From: Octopus sinensis
Lineage: Eukaryota
DNA: 64,000 bases
Assembly (NCBI RefSeq): GCF_006345805.1
Contig: NC_043016.1
Location: 12,524,001 to 12,588,000, forward strand
Direction of reading: 5' to 3'
Shown here: one piece after another, positions 26,576 through 37,610 of the stretch
How the letters are laid out: each line of letters opens with the position of its first letter
Position numbering within the stretch: the stretch's first letter is position 1
Translations under genes and position numbers: made by a program
The notes under the pieces: generated by a model
The model's database searches: none
What the model was told of the DNA's origin: nothing
Seen by the model: only the letters and a program-made list of their open reading frames with translations

Positions 26576-27227
26576 GTGACCTGAAATACATAAATACATA
26601 CATACAAACATATATATATTGGAAATTAAGACAAACACCAGTGTAAATATTTAAATATTTGGATAAGTAAATAGTTGTTTGAAAGTCATCATTGGATGTT
26701 CTGAGTGCATTCGGATGCTAAACTGCAATGAATTCTTTGGAGAAACTTTATTGCATTCTGTTACATAGATCCAATACCTGAAGTCAGACACATGGCAAGG
26801 TAATTTATAAGTATTTAGAAAGGGAAGCAGAAAGAAGACAAGCAGGTGGTAGAAAGAAAGGAGAAAAAAAAAAAAAGAAGAGGATAATGATTGAACTTAG
26901 AGGAAAAAGGATAAGAAGTGAAGGTATATTAGTAAATAAATAAATAAATAAATAAAGACAATAGGTAAATGAATGAATTCATAAATAAATACGTAAACAT
27001 ATACACATACACACATATGCATGGTGGGAAGACACATATACACATATATATACATATACATGTATGTATATACTTACACACATACACATGGTCACACACA
27101 CATGCGCGCACGTGTATATATAGGTATATATATATCATCATCATCATCATCATTTAGCGTCCGCTTTCCATGCTAGCATGGGTTGGACAAACCCATATAT
27201 ATATGTATATATATGTATGTATATATG

Positions 27228-27307
<80 letters not shown>

Positions 27308-27405
27308 ATATATATATATCTATATTATATATATATATATTATATATATATATAATATTATATATATATATACATATATATACATATGTGTGTGTATGTA
27401 TGCAC

Positions 27406-27456
<51 letters not shown>

Positions 27457-27840
27457 ATATATATACATATATATATTGTGTGTGTGTGTGTATTTTTATG
27501 TGTACTTCCATGTGAACATATGTCTATGCGTATATTTCTTGCCTTCTGTTACAGAGAACAAATATCTGAAGTTAAACACATGGTGAGGTAATTTAGAAGT
27601 ATTTAGAGAAGGAAGTCGAAAGAATGCAGCAAATGATGAAGAGACAGGAAAAAAAAGAAAGAAGAAGAAATAGAAAAAGAAAAAGAAAAGAAAGAAGGGG
27701 AAAAGACAGAACAGCAAAGTAATAAACATGATGAAAAAGTATAAAAGTGTACTGGCAAATATATTAATAAATAAAAACAGAAAATAAATACATGAATAAA
27801 TATATATATATACATACACCTTCATACATACATCATACAT

Positions 27841-27945
<105 letters not shown>

Positions 27946-27954
27946 TATATATAT

Positions 27955-27987
<33 letters not shown>

Positions 27988-28164
27988 CATAAATACACAT
28001 ATATATACATATATACATACATTACATACATATACATACACGCACACACACATATATATGTATACATACATACACACACACACATACATACATACATAAA
28101 TACATACAACACACACACACACACACACACACCACACACATATATATATATATATATGTACATA

Positions 28165-29246
28165 TAAGGTTAACTGGGAAGCTGGTTGTTTTTGTGTGTG
28201 GCAGATGCACCGGGGCAATAAACACTGATGATGTACAGAAAACAGATTCCGTTACATGCCAGGGAGAAAAACTAGAAGTAGTTGATAGCTCCGTTACCTA
28301 GGTGACCAAGTCAGTAGTTGGGAAGGATGCTCTGAGAGAGTAACTGCTAGAATAAGAATAATCTGGGCAAATTTCAGAGAGTTTAAATTTCAGACAGCTC
28401 CTACCTCTGCTGGTAATAAAGGGCCTCTCACTCAGAGTGAAAGGTTCACGTATGGTGCATGTGTGTGAACAGCCATGCTACATGGCTGTGAAACATGAGT
28501 TGTGACTGCTGAGGACATGCATAGGGTTGAAAGAAATGAAGCTAGTATGCTCCACTGGATGTGCAATGTTGAGAGAAAAGTTGGACATAAGAAGCATCTG
28601 ATGTGGTGTGCAAGAGAGACGGCTGTGCTGTTATGGTCATGTGTTGCATATGGATGAGGACAGCTGTGTGAAGAAGTGACACATCGTAGCAGTGGAGGGA
28701 ACATGTGGAAGAGGTTGACCCAAGAAGACATGGGATGAGGTGGTGAAGCACGACCTGTGAATGTTTTGCCTCACAGAGGCAATGACAAGTGACCGAAACC
28801 TTTGAAGATATACTGTGCTTCAGAAGACCCAAGCAAGCCAAGTGGCCAAATGCTAGTGTAACATAACTGGCCCATTTAAAAGTACCTTTCAATCATTAGG
28901 CAATATGCTGTGCTTGAGAAAACCTGTTGAGCCAAGTGAAATCTTTGTTGTGACTGATGTCAGTGCCGCTTGACTAGCACCCATGCTGGTGGTAAGTGAA
29001 AAGTGCCATTCAAGCATGGCTGATGTCAGTATCACCTGACTGGTACCTGTGCTGGTGGCATGTAAAAAGCACCATTCGAGTGTGGTTGATGCCAGTACTG
29101 TCTGACTGGCACCCATGCTGGTGGCATGTAAAAAGCACCCACTACACTTTCAGGGTGGTTGGTGTTAGGAAGGTCATCCAGTTGTAGAAACCTTGGCAGA
29201 TCAGTATGGAAAGCAGACATTAAATGATGATGATGATGATGATGAT
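28165..29246 (+). mobile_element. 5'-truncated RTE (BovB-like) LINE: RT C-terminus, modular 3' UTR and (GAT)n tail
   Basis: Broken translation LEVVDS.RYLGDQ...ARIRI.WA.FRE.LPLL..KGLSLRVK...AMLHG.ETW.V...RG.P.KTW; tail gatgatgat. Confidence 0.9.
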
Positions 29247-29273
29247 GATATATGTGTATATATATATATATAT

Positions 29274-29583
29274 GGGGGCACAATGGCCCAGTGGTTATGG
29301 CAGCGGACTCGCGGTTGTAGGATCGCGGTTTCGATTCCCAGACCGGGTGTTGTCAGTGTTTATTGAGCAAAAACACCCAAAGCTCCACGAGGCTCCGGCA
29401 GGGGGTGGTGGCGATCCCTGCTGTACTCTTTCGCCACAACTTTCTCTCACACTTTATTCTGTTGGCCTGCTCACTTAGCCAGTGGGGTGGTGTCACTTGA
29501 AGGCTAAAGCAATGTGAAGCGCATTGTGACCAGCGATGTGTAGCAACATCTGATAGCCTGGTCGGTCATGGTGATTACGGTGA
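29274..29583 (+). mobile_element. tRNA-derived SINE family D
   Basis: tggcccagtggtta A box and ggtttcgattccc B box, then unique body; inserted in (TA)n. Confidence 0.7.
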
Positions 29584-29676
29584 TATATATATATATATAT
29601 TATATATATATATATATGTAGATAGATAGATAGATAGATAGATAGATATCATATTTAGATGTGTATATATATATAA

Positions 29677-29709
<33 letters not shown>

Positions 29710-29721
<12 letters not shown>

Positions 29722-29912
29722 TATTATATTTGAAAATGTCTCTAAATGTGTTAACATATTGGATGTGATTTGAATTTGGATAATGGCTTACTCTACCCCT
29801 ATCATAAGCCTAATAAAACTATTAAGTATATCCATGCCTTATCAATTATCCACATAGTGTCATTAAGGGAATAATTAAAGGCATGTTGATAAGAGAATAT
29901 CTAACTTATCAT
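29710..29912 (+). mobile_element. PLE reverse transcriptase thumb fragment
   Basis: Broken translation VN.LDV..NLDNG..YPYHKPNKTIKYIH..SN.P...KRISNLS matches the PLE pattern FLDV.L....Y.KPN...Y....SNHP. Confidence 0.65.
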
Positions 29913-30073
29913 AGCATAGGAGTGGCTTTGTGGTAAGTAGCTTGCTTCCCAACCACAAGGTTCTGGGTTCGGTCCCACTGCGTGGTACCTTGGGCAGTGT
30001 CTTCTACTATAGCCTTGGGCCGACCAAAGCCTTGTGAGAGGATTTGGTAGACGGAAACTGAAAGAAGCCCATC
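29913..30073 (+). mobile_element. SINE family A 5' part
   Basis: ggagtggctttgtggtaagtagcttgc...gggttcggtccc...ccttgggcagtgtcttc. Confidence 0.9.
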
Positions 30074-30099
30074 ATATATATGTATATATATATATGTGA

Positions 30100-30164
<65 letters not shown>

Positions 30165-30309
30165 AAAATGGTAAAGAGTGAAAAAACGACAGAAGGCTTA
30201 AATGTTAAAAAATAATATATTTGGTGTCAAAATGTCTGGAGAATACTGGAAAAATTTTTTTTCCTTTCCTTAAAATGACATAATTTATAATTTTTAAAGA
30301 AAATTTTTA

Positions 30310-30347
30310 AAGAAATACCGTTTCGCGTGTAGCTTTTCAGATTTCTT
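30310..30347 (-). ncRNA. Minimal type I hammerhead motif (C3/A8 mismatch copy)
   Basis: Minus strand aagaaat-CTGAAAA-gctacacgc-GAAAC-G-GTA-tttctt. Confidence 0.6.
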
Positions 30348-30481
30348 GTGACGTTATATTTATATTGCATGGAGTTATCGTTGTGTTTATTTTCAGGAGA
30401 TTCTAAATAAGGGGAGGTAGTGAGTGATTTCTTCCGGTGTAAGGGAGATAATCGCTTAAAAATTTTTTTTCCTTTCCCTTG

Positions 30482-32085
30482 TTAATTTCTCTGTGTCAGT
30501 ATGTTCGGATGGTTGAGTCTGGGTTTGTACTTTTCAATGAAGAATGTTTCCTTGTTCAGTCTCATTTGTGTTGATGATCCGAAAGCACATTGGTAAAATG
30601 GGAAGATTAAAAATTGTGGCAGTAGTTGCTTTGCGCATTTCTCAATGTGCTCACTAAAAGGTATCATTCTATATTCTGGGAATGCAATCTGTTGTCGATG
30701 CAGTGTGCATCTACGCCTGAGTGATAGTCCCGTGGAACCCACGTAGTCTTGGTGGCAGCCCGAGCATTTAATGACATAAATTATGTTTTCAGAGGCACAA
30801 GTAAAGTTAGATTTGATCTTGAATTTCTGTCCCTCTTTAAAGAAGAATTCTGATCCTTCCAATAGGTTAGGACATGTTGCACAGTTCGATCTACCACATT
30901 TTTTTACTTTTGCATCCGTAATTTCAGAAGACAATTTTGCCTTTGTGAGAATCTTTTTAAGTGATTTAGGCTGTTTGTAGCTTTTAATGATTTGGTGTAT
31001 GTTTAGAATTCCTTTAATTTTGGGTTTTTATGAAGTATTGGTAAATTCGGGTGATGATGGTGAAGGCTTCTTTGTTTCTGGGGTTGTATGTAGATATGTA
31101 AGGTAGTATTTTCGGGGAAGGTGTGTTGTTGTGTTGAACTTTTCTTAAAGTTTCTATGTTGATTTCTGTTGCATGTCTGATCCCATCCTCTATGAGTTGA
31201 GCTGGGTAATGTCTGTCAATTAGGGTGTTTTTTGAGTTCTTGCAGTCTAAAGTTCCTGGTATTTTGTTCTGACACTATTGTGCATATCCTTCTTGCAAGG
31301 TTGAAGGGGATGTTTGTTTTAGTGTGTCTTGGGTGGCATGAATTAAAAAGAAGGTATTGTTTGGCGTCTGTGGCTTTGTAAAAAATGTCTGTTTCTATTT
31401 TAAGGTTAATTTTTTTAATAGTATATCCAAGAACGGGAGCTCCTTTTGGTTGTATTCCATTGTGAACTGTATATTTGGGTTTATGCTGTTCAATAGGTTT
31501 TTAAATTTTAGGAGTTTATCTATGTTTTCATTCCAGAGAATGAAACAATCGTCTAGGAATCGTTTCCAATTCTCTTTTATGTATTGAGAGAGGGAGTTTC
31601 CAAAGATTGATAGAGATTCCTGGTAAATGATTATTTCCATGTATCCCATTGTTAAGTTCGCAATGACTGGTGCTGCCCTTGTACCCATAGCAATTCCGGC
31701 TTTTTTGACGGTAAAATGTATTGTCAAACATGAAGTGGTTATTGGTAGGATGAATTCAATTGATTTAGTAATGAATTCCTTACTGATCCTTTTTGGTATT
31801 TCTTCCAGATTGGTCTAACCAGAACTGTATTGCCTCCAGTCCATAATTATGAGGTATACTGGTATACAAGTTGACTACATCAAATAAACCAGGATGTTTC
31901 TTCCTTGGTTTTTTTTTTTGAAGGTGGTTTAACATATCTAAGTCATCTCTGATATGGCTATCGATATGTTTAAGGAAAGGTTTCAGGAGGATGTCCATAA
32001 GTAGACTTAGTCTGTGTGTTTCACAGGTTGGGCCAGCTACAATGGGTCGTAGTTTTAGGTCCCCCGGATTAGGTGTGTGTATGTA
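30482..32085 (-). pseudogene. PLE polyprotein (RT plus GIY-YIG endonuclease), frameshifted
   Basis: ORFs 31780-31998, 31528-31731, 31395-31727 and 30482-30934 are consecutive pieces of one protein. Confidence 0.9.
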
Positions 32086-32155
32086 CTCCCCTTATTTAGA
32101 AATCTCCTGAAAATAAACACAACGATAACTCCATGCAATATAAACATAACGTCAC

Positions 32156-32194
32156 AAGAAATTTGAAAAGCTACATGCGAAACCGGTATTTCTT
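32156..32194 (+). ncRNA. Minimal type I hammerhead motif (U3-A8 core variant, palindromic stem III)
   Basis: aagaaat-TTGAAAA-gctacatgc-GAAAC-CG-GTA-tttctt; stem I aagaaa/tttctt; ACCGGT palindrome. Confidence 0.65.
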
Positions 32195-32519
32195 TAAAAA
32201 TTTTCTTTAAAAATTATAAAATTATGTCATTTTAAGAAAAGGAAAAAAAATTTTTCCAGTATTCTCCAGACATTTTGACACAAATATATATATTTTTTAA
32301 CATTTAAGCCTTCTGTCGTTTTTTCACTCTTTACCATTTTCTTATATATTCACCCACGTGCTTTACCAAACAAACTTTCTTATCTCTCTCTATATATATA
32401 TATATATTATATATATATATATATATGCTAGCTTAAGGTGACCCACTCTACGCTTGGTTAAGAGTGTGGTTGTTACTGTCTGTTGCTTCCTTTGTATAAA
32501 GTCTTACAGCCATTTCAAA

Positions 32520-33400
32520 AAGGTATAGGTTGCTATATATATAAATTGAAAATGAACAACAAAGAATTCAGTATGAATTGGTCTACTATAAGGGAAGCCA
32601 CACCATATAATACACACACAAAGAATTGCAATTTATGCACAAAGGAGGCGATCCACATAATCTTAGCCAACAAAAATAGTTTGCTCAATAAAATATCCAA
32701 CATTATAATTACCTGTAGACACATATATCTTTCAATGTATAAATTTTTGAAAAGTAATTAAACTACAAGATTCTAATTTAGCCTTACTTCATATAATGGA
32801 CTCTTCTAAAACTTTATGTTTTATATATAGCGCGTAATATACCTTATATTATATATTGTATCGTAATACATTTTAACTTCATCTGCCCAAAGAGAATGGT
32901 CCGATCAAACATTCGATTTTTAAAATTATTTAACCCACCATTTCTTTTAAAATTTTAACCTTGTGATTCTATTAACTCTGATGAGAGAAATATAGAATAT
33001 TGCTATGATTGCAGTTAGTTCACCCATAGCAACCTATATCTTTTTGAAACGGCTGTAAGACTTTATACAAAGATTTTATACATGTTCCAGACTCCTTATG
33101 AATCAGTTTACATCCGCTTCATCATCCTTTTCATTTGAATTTCGCAAGTACATTTATATATATATTTTATATATTCACATCTATGAATTTTTATGCATTT
33201 GTAAATTTTTATTTGTGTATGAATTGTTATATATATATATAAATTTTCGTGTATATGTATGTATTTATAAATTCTTAGGAATGTTTATATATCATTTAGA
33301 TGAATGCATCAATGTATGCACTTTGTATACCATGGAGAATTTTATCAATATGAATTGAATGAATATATACATCGGCCTTTGAATTTGTTTTCTCCTCTCC
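32520..33400 (+). mobile_element. PLE 3' fragment (endonuclease C-terminus plus terminal repeat)
   Basis: ORF 32483-32761 YIYKLK...W.TI..ATPY...KNCNLCTKE..I....LLNK.......CRH is the characteristic PLE C-terminus. Confidence 0.8.
32972..33062 (+). ncRNA. Type I hammerhead motif with intact core and long stem II
   Basis: CTGATGA-gagaaatatag..ttgctatg/catagcaa..ctatatcttttt-GAAAC-GGCT-GTA; stem I eroded to about 2 bp. Confidence 0.7.
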
Positions 33401-33448
<48 letters not shown>

Positions 33449-33829
33449 TAATAAGAAAATGGAGGGGATCAATAGGGGATTCATCAACTTTTAGACATTA
33501 TGTTATGTCAACTTATTTATTTACTAAAATGACAATTACAAGAATATACATACATGTATAACATATTATGCTTTACATATAAAATATATAAAGATACCAG
33601 TAATTATTAAAATATATAACATACAGGAATAGAAATTGGGAAAATATCTTACAACTGTTTCAGCCAAGGTGCAAAACTACCTCATTCTACCTTTATCCCT
33701 CTAACATTCAGTAATATAATTGCAATGCAATAAAAAACACTTGTGTATCAATAATTGGGTATTCTACTGGTATATTGGACAGATATTATCCCTTAGTTGG
33801 TTGGATTCACAACCTCTAACTTTCTTGGA

Positions 33830-34537
33830 TTATATATATATATAAAACCCAAAGTTTGTCTGTCTGTTCTGCCCTTTGGTTTAGATGATAAAAATTACAA
33901 ATAAAATAGTCATTTCCACCTTTAAGAAAATAAAATCAAGTTTAAAATGTCAATTTGCAGTGGAACATTTCAAACAGTCATTGCAGCTGCTATTGTCTGT
34001 CCTTTCCTCTTCCCTTAATCATTCATACAACCTTCAGAGTGCTGCGAACTGTATATTGGACCAGCTGGAGCAGTTGTATCCATTTTAGGACTTTCAATTC
34101 ATGAAAGAACACCTGCGATAGTGAGACTGCAAGTTCACCTACAAGATGAACAAAGAATATTGCTAAGAAATAATGAGGATATGACTGTCAATGAGCAACA
34201 TATGAGAGCAACATTGACAGAATTCTTTTCATTGTGCATCAATTATGACTTTGCAACAACTTGACTTTATGCTGAAGTAGCCACGTATTTCACTTGGAAT
34301 AGTAGTAACAAAGAATGGCAAAGAAGAAAGTGAGGAAAAAATGATGTTGAAGGTCATTTGAATGTTTTCAAAGAAGAAGCACTTGGTCATATTTATGTTG
34401 TCACACCAAAGACAGGAGAACTATTCTGTAAGAATTTTATTGCATGAAGTTTGAAATAGTAATTTTTCCTTTGCTGCCATGCATCGACAATTTCAATTTC
34501 GGGTGGTTGTGACCCAATGGGTCACAGATACATCTAG
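33830..34537 (+). mobile_element. Internally deleted Helitron with RepHel fragment
   Basis: Translation VRLQVHL..EQ, TLTEFF.LC...FA.TL.YAEV..YFTW...KEW.RRK, LG.IY.V.P..GELF; 3' hairpin tgtgaccc-aat-gggtcaca then CTAG|T at 34534-34537; 5' (TA)n-aaaa...gtctgtctg. Confidence 0.85.
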
Positions 34538-34559
34538 TATATATATATATATATATAAA

Positions 34560-35021
34560 CTTAGATATGTTTTGACTAAAGATTGGTCCAGGCCATGTCT
34601 AACTTAATAGCACCGCCTAATAGGATTATCTAAATCCTTTTAAAGTCAAGTTTTGTGGTATCATGGTCCATTGAAGTAGTGAGTTCTTGTTGAATGAGTT
34701 GTATACAGGTATGGGTGGCTTATCTGGTATTTCTTGAAGAAATTTGTCCAGACTCCGTTTAAAGGTGATGGGATCCTTTTCCTCTCTGATCAGTTTTGGG
34801 ATAATGTTAAACAGAGCAGGGACTACTGAGGAAAAGAAATTGTGTCACAGTGTACCTATATGTTGTGATCCTGAGCTGGGCAGGGGACGTATGGCCCATG
34901 GTCCCAGCCTTGGATGAACCTTGAAGCTAATGTTCAGGTCGTTTGGACAATGCTGGTGGTATATTCTCCACATCATGCAAATGATGTATGGCTTGCCGTG
35001 ACACTAGAGAGAGTAGAGTTT
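34560..35021 (-). mobile_element. CR1/L2-group LINE 3' end
   Basis: Minus translation KLYSL....YIICMMWRI...PALFNIIPK.IR.....FKRSLDKFL..IPDKP...NSL. Confidence 0.75.
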
Positions 35022-35040
35022 ATATATATATATACACACA

Positions 35041-36267
35041 CAGACATGCAGGAAGTAAATAGACACCTTTAATTTTCAAAATTTCTGATCTGAGCATCTT
35101 AATATGTTTTCATGTAATTATCCTTTTGCATTCCAGGTGCCATTATATTAAAAATTTGTGAAGAGTAATCATGTCACACAGAAAAAATTCAGCAGAACGG
35201 TCAGATTTTCAAAGAAATCGTATTGTTAGGAAATCTGAGGCTGGTCTTAGCCAGTGAAAAATTGCCGAAAATCTTCAAATTCCTCTTGCTAATGTTAATA
35301 GAATTACAGTGCAAATCAAAAGCCAAGGAAAAGAATCAACAGATTCTCATCCCAGTCAACCTGTTTGAAGAGAATTGTGGAAAATGAACCACATTCGAAG
35401 GCTTCTGACATTGCAAAACAGTTAGAAGTTAGTCCAAGAATGTGTGTTACATATCTGCATAAGCTTGGGTATTTATGGATAAGCAGCTCCAGGGAAAGCC
35501 TCTCCTTCAACCAATTAATATAATAAAAGGTAAGAAATGGGCAGAGGAGAAGTCAGAAAAATCCAGTTCATTTTGCGATAGAGTGATTTTCTCAGATGAA
35601 TCCAGATTTGCATTATTTTCAGACAGTGAATGTGTCTGGGTCTGACTTCCCAATCAAGAATTTGATTTGAAGCGATTCAAACCAACTGTGAAACATGGCG
35701 GTATCTCTGTAATGGTATGGGGAGCTGTCACCAGCAATGTTTTTCTGAGCTGATCGAATGTGTTGGAACCATAATCTCTAAAAAATACCATCGAAATACT
35801 GAAGCAAGGACTACTTCCGATGTACTCACATGATCACATAATGAAAAATGAGTTTTTATTCATGAAAGATGGGGTTCCATGCCACACAGTGAAAAGGAAT
35901 CAACAATGGTTGACTGAAAATGGGATCAAAAAGCTTCCTTGGCCAAGCCAATCTCCTGACATGAACCCAATTGAAGGTCTTTGAGCATACTAGATAGAGC
36001 TATACAAAAACTTGACAGAAACCTAAATCTAAAGATGAATTGCTTTGATTGTTGCGTGAAAAGTGGGCAGAAATTCTACAAGAGACAATCACAAAGCTCA
36101 TCAGTTCAATGCCCAAAAGAGTTTCTGAATTAAAAACTGCAAAGGGAATATCAACTAAATACTAAATTATGTAGTCTTACCTATCGATTACATTTCAATT
36201 GTTCGCTTTGTGTATTAAATAAAAGATTTTGAAAATTAAAGGTGTCTATTTACTTCCTGCACATCTG
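35041..36267 (+). mobile_element. Tc1-family DNA transposon with ~41 bp TIRs and decayed transposase (~35171-36165)
   Basis: TIR tgcaggaagtaaatagacacctttaattttcaaaa at both ends; motifs VIFSDESRF, VMVWGA, FM.DG.PCH, LPWPSQSPDMNPIE. Confidence 0.92.
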
Positions 36268-36365
36268 TGTGTGTATATATATATGTATATATATATATAT
36301 ACACATACACACACACACAAATATGTCTACATATGTATGCACACATACATACATACATACATACA

Positions 36366-36396
<31 letters not shown>

Positions 36397-36997
36397 GTGT
36401 GTTTATATAGATACATATAAAAACAAAAAACAAACAAAATCAGATGTGAAATTGTAATCAGCAACAATGGAACCAAGAGTTAAAATAAGTCGGTGACCTA
36501 ATTGCTGGGTATGCCCTAATTACTTTAAGGACTGGAAACCTATTTTAAACAAAAAGTAGGTGGCCACATTATTTTGTGGTAAGAATATTTGGCAATCACA
36601 AACAACTATGAATTGAAACCAGGTTGCCATATTTTGACTATCAGGATTTGTGAAATCGGTCAGGGACATCAGGGATGACTGAATTAGCACAAATGCAATT
36701 CAGCCAAAAGTTGATTGCACCACTAAATAAACTAACCATCTGGTGAACAGGATATGCCCAGCTGTTGGTTTTATACCCACATTTTTGTTGGGGTATGAGG
36801 GTGAACAGGCAAATTATAAATAAAACTCTTTTACCACCTGCAGGCAGTGAATCATAATTGTCACACAACCATTCTTTTTCCTGCCTCCTTATTGCTAATG
36901 ACAACATTTATTTGTGAATGATAAGAATAAATATTTTTCCATTTAAAATCTCAAACAGACTGAGTGGGATGTCTTTATTTTCACTCACAGATTTCTT

Positions 36998-37610
36998 TTA
37001 GTTATATTTTTTAAGTAAACAGTTTGAAACTTCATATACTGGTGTAATTTCTCACACTGAACACGGTTTACTTTCAGCATTTTTGACAAAATTTCTGTAT
37101 TTTAGAAGTCATTTCGTGTTAAAGTTGTTGTATTTTGGTAATTTTAACCAATCAATGACATGTATTCGGCTGAAGAAAGCTACTGCTATTTGTGATAGTA
37201 ATTGAAGAGCAACAACTTCCGGGTCATCTCTACTAAATGTCACCACTCTGTTCTATTTTAGTTTTGTTTATTGCCTGTGTTACATATTACATGCCTTCAC
37301 TTGTACAAAGAAGCAATTCAACAGCAAAGAAAAAAGAAACACAGGCAGTAAACAAAAACAAAATAGAACAGAGTGGTGACATTTAGTAGAGATGACCCAG
37401 AAGTTGTTGCACTTCAATTACTGTCACAAACAGCAGTAGCTTTCTTGAGCTGAATACACGTTGTTGATTACCCAAATACAACAACTTTAACATGAAATAA
37501 CTTCTAAAATACGAAATTTTGTTTAAAATGTTGCAAGTAAACTGTGTTCAGCATGAGAAATTACACCAGTATACCAAGTTTCAAACTGTTTAGTTAAAAA
37601 ACAAAACTAA
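36998..37610. repeat. Long fold-back inverted repeat (arms 36998-37281 and 37338-37610), probably a long-TIR MITE
   Basis: e.g. gggtcatctctactaaatgtcaccactctgttctatttt versus aaaatagaacagagtggtgacatttagtagagatgaccc. Confidence 0.85.

Larger units (their letters stand above)
30161..32344 (-). mobile_element. Penelope-like element, 5'-truncated, flanked by ~256 bp inverted terminal repeats
   Basis: RT motifs (LRPIV, FDVVNLYTSIP, Q..GIAMGT..AP, RFLDD, LPFLDI) and GIY-YIG (IYVIKC...YVGST); 30161-30416 is the reverse complement of 32086-32344. Confidence 0.92.

Noticed and set aside
28922-28943. ctgttgagccaagtgaaatc as a hammerhead core in the RTE 3' UTR (also ~60669-60690 minus)
   Set aside because: A6 is absent and stems I-III cannot be formed convincingly
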